A stretch of DNA of 64,000 bases, from the NCBI GenBank assembly GCA_951406725.2, contig OX597820.1, positions 22,630,001 through 22,694,000 of the forward strand, written 5' to 3'. Positions 38,138 to 51,506 of the stretch are shown in pieces (position 1 is the stretch's first letter; each line of letters begins with the position of its first letter). The DNA is from Octopus vulgaris. Lineage: Eukaryota. The position numbers and the translations under genes are program-made. Below the pieces are notes generated by a model, which did not search any database, was not told the origin of the DNA, and worked only from the letters and a program-made list of their open reading frames with translations.

Positions 38138-40007
38138 CTAATGTAACTACACACAAGTAAAAATAAAGAGACCAGCATCGTCCATGCATAAACTGTTTTG
38201 GCATGCCTCATTAACTTTGACCAAAAATAATAATGAAATAAAATAAAAACAAGAACAAAACTGAAAAAAGTTACTAAACTAAATATCAAACTATTTACTA
38301 CAAAATCCTAGGCCAGAAGCACTGATCTAGATTATTTAGCATTGTCTCAGACTAACTATGGATTACACACACACAAAACAAAAATTGAAATTTTAAAACA
38401 AAGGAAAAAAAGTGAAAAGTGGAGGGGGTGTTTAAAAAAAAATCAAAATAAGAAAAGGAATAAAAAATTTTTTTCAATGTTTGCCAGGATATGTATGGGG
38501 TGTTGAAGAGATTGTTAGTGAATGAGGTGTGTAATACTTAAAACAATAAAGCTATTAGACAAAACAACTTAAAACACACACACACATGGAAAAAAAAGAT
38601 GAAATTAAAAAAATGAAAAACAACAAAAAAACAGTAAAACAAGAGGAAGAAATGTATTAAAATGAAGCAGTTGTAAAATATTTGTGAGGCAGTTGAGATG
38701 AGATTGTGAAGACAGGTAATAATTGAAAGAGATGTGGTGAATTCAGGAAAATAGTGAATGGTCAGCAGTGAATGTTTGGAAATAAAAATGACCTTGTGAC
38801 ACGTGGAATAAATGAAATATCTATGGGGTGAGAATATATTTGAACAAACACATTGGGAAAGAATAAGGATGATTTTGAAGAATAGTTTCGTGAGCAGCAT
38901 GATAATGTTGGATGGGGATAAGAATTTTTTCTATTTTTTTTTAAATCAGAAAAGAAAAAAAAAAATGAAAAAATGAGATAACTTCCATAAAGAGATAACT
39001 TTATATTAAAATTAAAAAAACAAACAATAAAATGATTTCATCTAATTTCCTTCCTTTCACATTGACAACTGAAAAAAAAAAGACACCCACCTCTTTTTGA
39101 GACAGTATATAAATGAGGTAAAAAGTTAAGAATTATTGGAACTCTGTTAGTTTTTAGTTGAAGTTAGTTGCAACACACACACATTTTCAAAGATCCCAGT
39201 GCCATGTGTTTCCCAACCAGGATGCTGTGAAACTACTTAAAACACTTAACCAAGGTAATAGTCCAGAGAACAATTATAAAATAAAAAATAATTTTGAAAA
39301 ATCACAAAAGTAACATAAATTGAGGAAGAGCACCACAGATGAAAATATGACTTTGGCATAGAAACAAAATGTTTACACAAAAACACTGGTCAAGTGGAAT
39401 TGAATGGTATTCTTGATATCTTGCTACATGTTTTTGGAGTGGCATCAAAGATTAAATGAATTCCAGTAGCCTTCCAGCTAACTGATTTCTATTAATCTGT
39501 GAAAAAAACAGACAACCATAAACGTGATAAGGGAGTATCTTATAAGTGATGGGGGTATCTTTGTAAATTGGTGAAGAACAAACATGACAAAGACTTGCTT
39601 CAAATTCATTGGTCCCCCCATCCCAGTTTTCATGTCATCACACACACACACGACTGGTTTCTGTACAGTTTGTGTCTAACAAATTTGCACTGCAAAGGCA
39701 CTGGTTAATCCAAGGTTCAATATAACATATGGTAAGACAAAACCCAGAACCCATGGTTGCAAAGCAAACTTTTTTTTACCACACAACCATGTTTTGCACC
39801 GAGAAGTAATAATGCCAGAATTTATACCACAGCTATTTATAGGGTTCAACGTACAAGCCTGAATGTTTTGGCAGTGATGGTAAAATTTACCAGAAGACTG
39901 TTTCCATTGAGAAACCTAAACTAATAAGCTGTGTTTCAATCTAATTTACTCTACTAATTTACAAATGACACTAATTTTGTGTTTGTGCAAACCAAAAGCA
40001 AGTATTA

Positions 40008-40255
40008 CCGTAAATCCTCGAGTATAATACGCAGAGGATTTTTAGGGGGCTGCACCTTTGAAAAACCTAAACCTTGTGTATAATACACACCTTTTCTCTA
40101 ACTTGAGTCAAGGATGTCTATATAATGTCCTTGGTTTGTAAAAATGTATTGCTTAGAAAATATTTTTCACTTTTAACCTTGTATATAGTACGCACCAGGG
40201 ATTTTGACCGTTAAATTTTGGGGAAAAAATGTAGCTTATACTTGAGGATTTACGG
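40008..40255. mobile_element. Tc1/mariner-pogo-type MITE
   Basis: TA|CCGTAAATCCTCGAGTATAA ... TTATACTTGAGGATTTACGG|TA: about 20-bp TIRs with TA TSD. Confidence 0.85.
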
Positions 40256-40655
40256 TACTTGTACTTCATACATGTATGTATGGATAGATAGATGGATGGA
40301 TGGTGATCAGCCATTTCTGAAGATGGCAATTCAATTGTTTGACCAAATGAATTACCTGCTCATTAAAGTGCCATTCTAGGGAAACACTGAATGCTTAATA
40401 TAATTCTCAGGCAGAACCAAAGGCTGTACCTTTGAATTATAGGTCCAACCTATTAAATGGGCTTCTATACAGTTTCCATTTATCCAATTTTCCCCACAAG
40501 ATTTGGGCATATCTAAGGTTATAGAAAATGTATTTGTCCACATTGCCATGCAGTGGAGTCAAACCCAGCCCCTTGAGGTTGTAAAGTAAACCTTTTAATC
40601 ATTTAGCTGTACTGTACCTATACAAACATTGACACACACACACAGGGTACCATTC

Positions 40656-40792
40656 TTAACCTTTAGCATGCTGTAGGTGCATCATGTTGCTGTACAAGTT
40701 TTCTCCCCTCTCAATATGGTACAATGTACCTACAGCTACAGGGGAGAAAATTCATATGGCAACATGATGTGCCTCAGCATGCTAAAGGTTAA
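40656..40792. mobile_element. Small fold-back TTAA MITE
   Basis: TTAA-CCTTTAGCATGCTG...TTCTCCCCT / AGGGGAGAA...CAGCATGCTAAAGG-TTAA; imperfect TIRs of about 50 bp. Confidence 0.8.
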
Positions 40793-42893
40793 AAAGGAAA
40801 TACAGATATCAAAATATAACAGAATTTTAAAAATATGGTGGTGAACCTCCCAACTTTGATCAGTGTTTGCTCATCTTTGTAATGACATACAGTGATAAAA
40901 TTTAATCAAGAGAGGAAATCTGGTGCACATAACATTTAACTAGTTCTAAACATCTTTAACCAGTTTGCTTTTCCATATTTTTTCTCATAATGGAATAAAT
41001 TTCATGATTCCCTTTCAAAATACACACACACACACCTTAATTAATTCACAGTGTATTTTTTTTAAAGATAATTCCCTCAGTTGTTAAAAGCTTCTTAAAC
41101 TACATCTTTTGCTTAAATTTCATTCAGAAAACCTTGGTCCTGAACAGCAATGTTATCAACACCAAAATATCTACTTAAAAAGGAAAATAAAAAAAAAAAA
41201 CAACAAAAAAACCTATCCAACATCAAAAAGAACACACCAAGAATGTTTACGTGGAGACTGTTTTGAGAATGAGGCAATAAAGCCACAGACAAAAACAGGT
41301 CTATTTAACACCAATGATATAACAGAAATCTTTGAATGAATTTAATTTTTTTTCTATGAAAGAAAGAGCAAATGAGCTGTTGTTTATACTGAATCCATTT
41401 TAGCAGGATGGAGGTAAAAAAACTCAGGTAAAACAGGAGTGTAGTATGTGCGTGCTTCAACTGAGTTCCCAAAGATAAGTGAAGAATAATATAATAAATA
41501 CATCAATTTACTTAAATAAATAGAAAAAAATATCTGAACTAAAAAAGAATGCATGGAAAATGAAAGAGATGGAAAGACATTTGTTTTACTAGATGTATAA
41601 ACTGCTGACACATTCCAACTGAAAAAATGATTTTATATCGATAAAGTTTCAACCTAAATTTAAAATTCTTAAAAAAGATGCAGCATTCTTTGAAAAAAAA
41701 AAATATGGATGAATTTTTTTTCTTTCAAATTAAACTTTGAATGGGATGTTTAAAAAGTATCAGAGAAAAAAAAATAATAAAGAAAAGGTAATTGAGCAGA
41801 AAGAGAGAAAGAGAGACAAAAGAAGAAACAAAACAATTGAAATGTTTTTCTCTCTTTTCTAAAAAAAATCTAGAATTAATAATTAAATGAATAAATTAAG
41901 CAAATAACAAAGTAAAAAAATGACATTTTTAAAACAGATGTCAACCAACCTTCCAGTAAAAGTGACAGGAGGTGAGGAGGTCACTGTTTTAATAAATGAG
42001 GAAGAAGAAGAAATGGTCATCGAAATGAGAGATTGTTTTTCTCTACTGATGATATGAAGTCAGGTAAGCAGTTAAGGAACTACTATGGATGGACTACTCA
42101 CCATTGAAGGGAGGAGGGAGTCACACTTAACACTGTATCAAAAGTCACTGGAAGTAGTTGGTAGGTCAGATCAAGTGCTCATCCCACGAGGGTGGTCCCT
42201 GTACGCTTAGCGGTAGCCTGCTGTGCACCTTGCAGAAAAAGTAGTAGCAGACTTCTAAGTGCATGGCAGAAATATATCACTTGTGACAACAGCTAGCATC
42301 ATCAGTAGTGGCAGCAGAAAGAGGAGGGCAACGACGATGTAGCAGGCAGCATGAGTGGCAACGATGACGAATTTGTATGCAGTACAAGAAATCTTTAGTG
42401 ACAAGGGTGGTGGTGGAGGTAGTGGTGGTTGGGGGCATTGGGGGTAGAGTTTGAGAGTGTTACAAGTGGGAGAGGGTTTCGAAATAAAAAAACAAGATGA
42501 CTGGTTGGTAGATATAAATTAATCATTTATTTGAGGAGATGAAGTTCAGATAATAGGAACAGATGAAAAAAAGAGTCATTCTCCACCAGGAGCAAATCGT
42601 GATGAAGAAAGATACAAATGACATGTCTGTTCTTTAAATGGAGATAATGGATAAAAAAACTTTTAAGTTTTTCCGTTTTCTTTGGCGTAAGATTAATTTA
42701 CTTTAATCTGAAAGGCTAGTGATACCGAATAAAGAAAACTATATTTTAGATGACAGTATTTTATTTTCTTAAAGAAATAATGTGCATCCTTTCACGGAAA
42801 ACTTTTGATAATTTTGCAAGCCTATTTTAGGATTAACCTTAACAAGTTAACATAAACTACTTTTAGATCACCAGCTAATCCATTTACTACTAA

Positions 42894-43119
42894 TCAATCC
42901 TTTCGTTACCAACCTGGCTGAAACCGGCTCTGGCTCTGAGTACAAATGTTTTGTTTTCATAAGTTTTGAATTAAAATCTCCCACCAAACCTTAGCCACAA
43001 TTTATGTTCCTAACACTAGCTGAATGATAACTAAGTTATTTTACTAAATTATTTGTTATATCTAAAATAATTGAAAGAAACAGAGCATCTCAAAATAAAT
43101 ACAGTAATGAAAGGGTTAA
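42894..43119. mobile_element. MITE family M1
   Basis: CCTTTCGTTAC...GTAATGAAAGGG-TTAA; colinear with 676-901. Confidence 0.8.
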
Positions 43120-43940
43120 ACATGTCTGAACTTAGAATAATCTGAAGAATGAAGGAAACTTCAAAACTTTTTAGTAGAGAAGTATTAATTGTGGAAAGCT
43201 TAGCTCCAAGAATTTTTGTTGAAGAGGAGGGCCTTGCCTGAAATATCAGTTCTCACTTTTTCCAAACTGACTTACTCCCCTTCGTGAACATTTTTGTAAT
43301 TAAAATTCAGCCAATCTTGCTACAATATCAATTTAAATTATGATCCTAACAAAGGCTAACTCAAAATTGAAGGAATACTATTTACTATACATAGTTGATG
43401 TAAAATGAAGCTCCCGAGCCCATCATAATATATCTTGGAACAGACAGTGGTAAATTCTTAGTAAACTTTGTTTGTAATGCAATTTTGCTACCTTGATGAA
43501 ACCATACTGAATTCTATTTCTCCTTCCCAATAAATCCAAGGTTTTATTTCCATAAAGGAACCTTAATATATATATATTTTAAGTAGAAAGAATAGCCATA
43601 ACTCTTTGACTGCTATTTCTAAATTCGGTGTGTGGTGAGGCAAATCGTTGCTAAACCCTTAATTACTTAGTATTAATATATATATATATATATATATTCC
43701 ATTTCTCAGTTTATTGCATTCTTCAAACAATTATTTATCGCATCAACTTAGATATAATTTAATTTTCAAAACCTGCAATTATAGTTTAGTTTTTAAAAAG
43801 AAACCTGGTTGCTCTCCTGAGATAAGTCCTTAAATATTTTACTTTTACAGTCGTTGTCAAACCAGAATGTGTTTGTATATTGTTCCACTCAAACAAACAA
43901 TTAACAAGTTAGTTTTTTTTATTTCATATAAATTATATTA

Positions 43941-44158
43941 ATCTTTTCTACTCTAGGTACAAGGCCCGAAATTTTTGGAGAGGGGGGGGCAGTCGATTAG
44001 ATCAACCCCAGTATGCAACTGGTACTTAATTTATTGACCCTGAAAGGATGAAAGACAAAGTCAACCTCAGCAGAATTTAAACTGAGAATGTAAAGACAGA
44101 TGAAGCACCACTAAGCATTTCACACGGTGTGCTAACGTTTTTGCCAGCTCGCCGCCTT
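43941..44158 (-). mobile_element. MetaSINE-like family B
   Basis: Full family consensus. Confidence 0.85.
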
Positions 44159-47100
44159 ACATAAAGTATAATAATGAAGGACTAACTAAATCTGAATGAT
44201 TTGAACATGAAAATGTAGTATGAACTGGGCCACATGACACCATTTATTAGCAAACAGGAAGTCAAATGCTAAAATAAGGACATTGTTCACACAATTTTCG
44301 GCTAGGTATAGGGACTTTAAATATAAACTCTGGACGACAAGCATTTCCAATAAGTTTATTTCTCAAATTAGGTAACAAATTTGGAGACAAAAGTAGTCAA
44401 ATGAGCATTTATTTGCTCATAAATTGAGCACACATTCTAATTATGTTACAGTTTTAAATATTAGATTTAACTTCATCCCAGGTGAATGTGTGTGGCCTAG
44501 TGATTAGGATGTTGCACTCTCAAGTGCAAGATTATAATTTCAATTCCCAGACCAAGTGGTTCATTGTGTATTCTTTAGCAAAATACTTAATTTCATGTTG
44601 CTCCAGCTCACTCAATTGTAAATAAGTAGCACTTTGGAGGACTGGTGTCTCATCCAGGAGGTTGTGATCTTGGTCACTTATATGTCATGGAAATCGAGTA
44701 ACCAGAGCCACAAGTCCTAGAACAGTCATGTCTAGAGGACATATATGCCAGTTTCAATAGTGAGCCTATTATTAGGAAAACTATTGGACTTATAGTTTCA
44801 AGAACTATTCAGAGTACTATTATAAATTATGAGCTTAATTGCTATTTAAGAATTTCTTTCACAATGTTAACAGTCTAGCATATAGTAATGGTGAGAGTAT
44901 TAGTTTTCAAAGTTTAGTGTTTATTACAATGTACACAGAACTAGAAAGAAGACAAAAAATGCCAGGATTCCAAAAATTTTCACCCCACCACCCAACCCTT
45001 CCACAATTTTCCATTACCCGAAACAGTTACCACATTTTTCTTTTTTTTTTTTTTTTTTTTTTGCTGTTTCCTACTTATTTTGACTAGGGACAGGTTGAAT
45101 AAATGTCTTACCTACAGATAACCAGACGTTTGGGAAAAATGTTTAAATCTTAGCTTATCATTCTATCCAAGTTTGGCATTGGTAATTCCAAATAAAAATA
45201 AAAAAAACTAAGGAAGGACTCAGTTTAGGATGATGACAATGATGATGATGATGATGGTGATACAAGTTTTGAATTGAGATCCAACGGGCAGAAACATGCA
45301 AGGAATAACCGGAAACTAAAAAATACACCAGCTATTCAGATTATTATTCTAGTTGATATAGCACCTGTAGTTTCTTATATGTTAAACAATTAAGAAGAGT
45401 TGAAGGTGGTTTGATGGTTGTTGGCACTGAAGTGTATATTATTTGCCTCCCATGAAATATTAGTAAACATTTGGTGTCAGACTGATTAAAATTAGAAAAA
45501 TCAACTCAGATATGAAACCGGGAAAGTTTAAAATTTAACTTGATTAAGGTTATTAATTAGATGGTCAAATTGAATTAGTACAAACTTATTTTAGACACAC
45601 ATGAAAAGCAAACTATATATTCCTATTTTATACACACGGACAAGTGTGTGTGCATGTGTGTGAATATGTATATATATGTACATGTATACACATCCATGTG
45701 TGTATATATCTTTATGAACACATACATACATATATATAAAGACATACACATACATAAGCATACACATAGACATACATTAACATTTGAGCTAGTTAGTTGA
45801 CATTTGTTATTCACACAAATGTTTTTTTTTTACTTTATGAAACCAAACTGTAATTTGGGAGGTTTATTAGTTAATAAATAGAAAATTTATCAGGGATCTG
45901 ATGCAGACAAAACCAAATATTGAGGGTTTTTTTTTAAGTAATAGGATTAAACAAATATTTCCATGAAATATAAAAATATCTGTGAGAAATTTCAGAATTA
46001 GCCCAAGTTTAATGCCATCAATTTAAATATCTATCACGTATAGTTTTTAAAACTAATCTTAATTTTAAACAGGAGTTTAAATTATTGCTCAGATTCAATT
46101 ATCATTTTTGATGGTTTAAACACAAGGGCCTTTATAAAAGCTATCTCAATAAATTATTTTATCAATCTGGGAGACTGATTACAAGAAATCTATATTACTG
46201 ATAATCTTTATAAGATTTTACTAAATACTTAGGGATTACTAAATTAGAATATGTTATGAAATGCTTGAATTTTTATTTATCTAAAGGGTTGATATTATTT
46301 TCTCCTATCTCTTTTTAAGCTATAGAATGCAAATATTAGAAACAAATGGCTGTACAGTAACTGTTGCTGAATAAAATAAGACCTTACTTTTTAGCTATTT
46401 CTCTAAGGGTTAAATTTTTTTTTAAAAACTGGCTTATCAGTTATTGTAACTATGATAACCTAAATATTTTCAGATAATTTTCACTTAATTTATTGTCAGT
46501 TATTTCTTGAACTAAAACACAAGAAAACACAAACATTATTTTGCGAATAGCTTATGACCAAAATGTCACAGACATGTCACCAAAGTTAAGGAGAATTTTG
46601 TTTGAAAAGATAGCTTTTAAGAGATATATATACAAACACACACACACACACATAGATATTGTGCAGTGAGGTATGTATATATGGGTATAGAAATATGCAG
46701 AAATGAAATTAGAATTTAAGGGACTGGGAGAAAAGAGTGGAAGAGAAACAAGCAAAAGACACAGCAACAAAAATTACAAAGGCCAGAAGTATCTTTAGTG
46801 ATGGAAAGGTTAAATCTTGCAACCATTGTCAACAAAGTGAAAAAATATACAAAATCTCAAACAAATATACAACAACAAAACAACAACAAAAATTAATTAA
46901 AAAAACAACACACTAAAACTTCCTTAAATCTTCATACATACTAAATGGGACAGTTAAGCAAACATTAATTAATAAATATAATAATAAAAGCCTATCTGCC
47001 AAAATAATATATTTTTTAAAAAATAAAATAAATAACAATAATAATAATTGCAATTTATTTATATTTTTTTTAAACAATAAAAAAATATATTCAGGCCACT

Positions 47101-47844
47101 TCAATGCATTTCTTTTACTATTTATGTTAGTGTAATCAGTGCCCTTGTGGCAAATTAAGAAACAATTATTTCATGGTAGATATTATAGAATATCCTTAAG
47201 AAGTGCCTTTTTTTTTTCTCTTACTCTTCATTTTTTTTTTATTGCAAATAGAATGACAATCAACAAAAATCAAATGAATAAATACAATATTTGGTTATGG
47301 ATCATTTTGGGAATGGGAGAACCCTGGCTTACACCATTATTTATTCGATAACTACAAGTTTTAATAAATTCTTCACTGTTCCTCTCACTACATACACTCG
47401 CTGTTTTCTTGGAAAGTTAATACAACATTAACACCCACCACCTCGAGTTCAGTTAGAAAATACCTAACATTCTGAGCATATTCTCATAGTTTGTGATCAT
47501 CTAGAGTTACAAAGCAAAGGGCAAACAAACATAGCTGACTCCACTGATATGCAAACAGATATGGTTATAAATGTACAGTTTGCTGCTGTTAAACTGAATA
47601 TCTTGACAGGTCAGAAGTTGGTGTATTCGGGAATAAATTCTCCCCGAGAATAGCTAAAAGGAAGATAAATCCCAGAAAGACTATTAACCAAAGTGTTTGC
47701 AGTAAATAGATCCTCTTGGTGAAAGTGGATGAATAGTTAATCAATTTCATTCATTGTAGAGGAAGGAGCAGGCAATAGGGTTGAAAGAACCCCATCAGTT
47801 ACTATTAAATATTCATATATTAGAATTAAGTTAATACCTATATA

Positions 47845-48180
47845 AAGGGTAAAGACCCCCTTTTGGTCATGAATGACCATGGGATTGCACCTAGTAAGTT
47901 ACCTTCCGAGCAACATTGTTTATGGAAGACCAGCAGTCGCCCATCCATACCAACCTCCCCTCTTCATGCCACCAATGTTATATCCAAGGGAAAGGCAAAG
48001 GCCGGTACAGCTTGGCACCAGTGGCGTTGCAACTCATTTCTGCAGATGAGTAAACAGGAACAACATAAAATAAAGTGTTTTGCTCAACAAGAACATAACA
48101 CACAACCTGGTTCAGGAATTGAACTCACTACTTCATGATTGTGAGCTCAATGCTCTAATCACTGAGCCATGCACCTTCAT
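47845..48180 (-). mobile_element. SINE family C (long-tail variant)
   Basis: Colinear with 18512-18850. Confidence 0.8.
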
Positions 48181-48541
48181 GCTTTTTTTAACACCTACAT
48201 ATACTTATAGACTAAGATTCTGCAAATTCTTTAGCACATGCGCACACAAATGCACATGCATCCACATACCCACATAATGGGCTCTCATATCATTAAACAA
48301 TGGATGAGGTTCCACAGTTCCTTGCTGAACGCCAACACAGATAATTTGCTTACAGAGATCAAATGTTTGTGTTGCGCATAAGCACACCACCGCCATCAAA
48401 CTGACATTGCCTATAGAGGTGAACAAGTGTCCCATATGTCAGTAATGGAAAATGAAGCACAATGCACCACTTGGTGTGGGAATGGAAATCATGATTTCGC
48501 AATCACAAGTGCATCTTCATTCATACACACACACACACACA

Positions 48542-48912
48542 TTAGCCCTTTTGATACCAACCCAGCTGAAACTGTCTCTGGCTCTGTAGTAACAAATGTC
48601 TTGTTTTCATAAGATTAAAATCCTCCACCAAACATTAGTTACAGTTTATGTTCCTAACACTAGTTTAATGATAACTAAGTTATTTTACTAAATTCTCTGT
48701 TATATTTAAGATTAATAAAAAAAAAACACAGAGCATCATCATCATCATCATCATTTAACGTCTGTTTTCCATGCTAGCATGGGTTGGATGGTTTGACCGG
48801 GGTCTGGGAAGCCAGAAGGCTGCATCAAGCTCCAGTCTGATCTGGCAGTGTTTCTACAGCTAGATGCCCTTCCTAACGCCAACCACTCCGTGAGTGTAGT
48901 GGATAAGGGTTA
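48542..48912. mobile_element. MITE M1 with a 5'-truncated RTE 3' end inserted (about 48734-48903)
   Basis: The M1 sequence breaks at ACAGAGCATC into (TCA)n plus a sequence matching 5525-5693; the MITE end AAGGGTTAG follows. Confidence 0.8.
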
Positions 48913-50826
48913 GTAGCAGTTTGACTCAACTTCATATGACTTAAAGTCTCTTAGGCTGAACCCATCACCTCAGGTGTGCTACAAGATAGGTTTGTCCTAA
49001 GAGTCTACGGAAGCTGAGTGAAGCTTATTGAAAAATATACTTAACTCCTACAAAATGTGTTGAGTGCTACTTTCTTTTGTTAGTCCACTCACTTGTGTAC
49101 ATACATATATACACACAGAGAAATGATACAACTCTTAATAAAACAATATCTAAAGCATTCAGATAAAAATGAGACACAAGCTAAGTCCCTTGTTTTATCT
49201 ATCTTATACATACACACATATGTATATATACACATACTTAACTCATAATTGACTGAGCTGAGCAAGTTGATATAGTTATTAAAAGACACTATTTCTTACT
49301 ACCACTACTAAATACTAGATAAGCTTACAAAGGAGCCTCTACAGGGTCCCTAAAAATAGCAGTCTAATCCCCCCCACCAAAATAACACCCTGCAATCTTA
49401 AAAAGAAAGCATATATTAGCTAATGCAGTCTAAGATATGAAAAAAACAAGCAAAATTAGACAGGAAAGTCATGGCCGGAATACTGTTCATCATAGGTTTG
49501 CTTGATCAGGGCTTAACAAACAACTACATAATATAAAAAAAAAGAGAGAGAGATTCTTAAATAGCTAAACATCAGTTCAGCAATTATTTCTACCAAATTA
49601 CACACATTATCAATCAAAAGAATTGAAATTATATTGGCTGAGATACTAATTAATATTTCAGCTAAAGAAACAAATTGATAAGAAATTGGCAATAAGTATT
49701 TAAGAATACAATTATATAAACAGTAGCCTGGTTGATTTTGGTTGGTTGTTTGCTTTTTTTGTTTTCTTCTTTAAATTGAGAAAGAAACTAATTTCAATAC
49801 ATCTATGAATATTTTAATTAATTCAGAAAATTTCCTTTAATTAAACTAAAGTACGTAATTAATATCTGTGATTTGATTTACATCAATAATTCATACATAT
49901 GAATAATATATGAATATAGAAGGTGAGGGCTTGCGGGTGTGGTTAAAAAAGCTCGCTTTGCAACCATGTGGATTCAGGTTCAATTAGGTTCAGTTCCACT
50001 GGGCAACACCTCGGACAAGTGTTACAGCCTCAGGCCAATCAATTGCCTTATCAGTGAATTTGGTAGATGGAAACTGCATGGAAACCTATTGTGTGTGTGT
50101 GTAGTATATGCAGAACTATATAAAGATTTATATAAAAGATAGATAGTAGAAATACCAAGTATGAATATTGTGTTCATAGAAAAGGCTTACATTTCTGATT
50201 AGATGTGTTTTTGCAACTGTGAAAAGACGATAAAAAAGAAAAGAGGGAGGGCAGAGAGAGAAAGCTGATGTGTTGGTCATTCCATTATTTCTATTTGTAA
50301 CTATCCCAAGGAACTCATCTCCAACTAACTTGACCTGACTATCTCACTCTTGGTTGTGGTCCTTCTATTACCAGATTCATGACACTGATCATGCACTGAG
50401 CTTCTTAACTCTTCTCCCTTCCCTCCCATTCGCAATGGACTAAAATAAAAACTTTATACCTATCAGTGGCTAAAGAAACAAATTGATTCAAGAAATTGCT
50501 GCACATAAGTATTTAAGAATACAATTATATAAACAGTAGCCTGGTTGATCATATTACTGTGTGGTTAAGAAGTTTGTCTTCTAACCATGTGGCTTTGTGT
50601 TGAGACTCATCAAGCAACAGCTTAGGTCAGCCTCCACTAACACAGCCTTGTGAGTGCAATTTGGTAGAGGGAAACTAAAAAAAGCCCATCGTAAAAGTAT
50701 GTGTGTGTGTTTACATTTGTGGTTCTCTACAAATGATGTAGTTACAAACAGTGATATTTTGCCAATTTGCCTGTCAAAGAATAGTCTACTATCAACAGAA
50801 ATGGAATATAACTGTAAAACAATGCT

Positions 50827-51056
50827 TTAACACTTTTGTCACCAGGTTTCTGTTGAGATGCTCTGTGTTTCTTTCAATTAATTTTAAATATAACAAAGAA
50901 TTTAGTAAAATAACTTAGTTATCGTTAAGCTAATGTTAGGAACATAAATTGTGACTAAGGTTTGGTGGAAGATTTTAATTCAGAACTTTTGAAAACAAGA
51001 CATTTGTACTACAGAGCCAGAGATGGTTTCAGCTGGGTTGGTATCAAAAGAATTAA
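50827..51056. mobile_element. MITE family M1 (reverse orientation)
   Basis: Reverse complement of 676-901 with TTAA flanks. Confidence 0.8.
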
Positions 51057-51506
51057 TTATATATAGGTAAAAAACAGGTGTAAAATGAACTACACAAATC
51101 ATACATATGATTTTAGACTAGCTGCCCCACATCCCAGTGTGTCATAAAAGGGAACTAGAAGGGTTGGCAACACAAGGGATATCTAACAGTGAAACACTGA
51201 TCAAAATTACTATCCAACCCATGCCAGCAAGTAAAAACAGATGTGAAGTGCTGCTGCTGCTGATAATACTATACATACACACACACAGCCATTATTTTAC
51301 ATCTAGTTACCACGTTATGTATAGGATGGGTTATAACAGTCCACAACAAGAACCATGTGTTGCTCATTACATACATTATATATATAACGGCATAGTTTCC
51401 AATGTTAGAGACCCTTCCTAACACCAATTATTTTACATAGTGTACTGAGTGCATTTTATTTGGCACCAGCACTGGAGATGTTGTCAAGTTGTCAACAAGA
51501 CTAAAG

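Noticed and set aside
43219-43250. Further hammerhead-like motif TTGAAGAGG...CCTGAAATATC
   Set aside because: The core is degenerate and helix I is unconvincing; it cannot be distinguished from chance.
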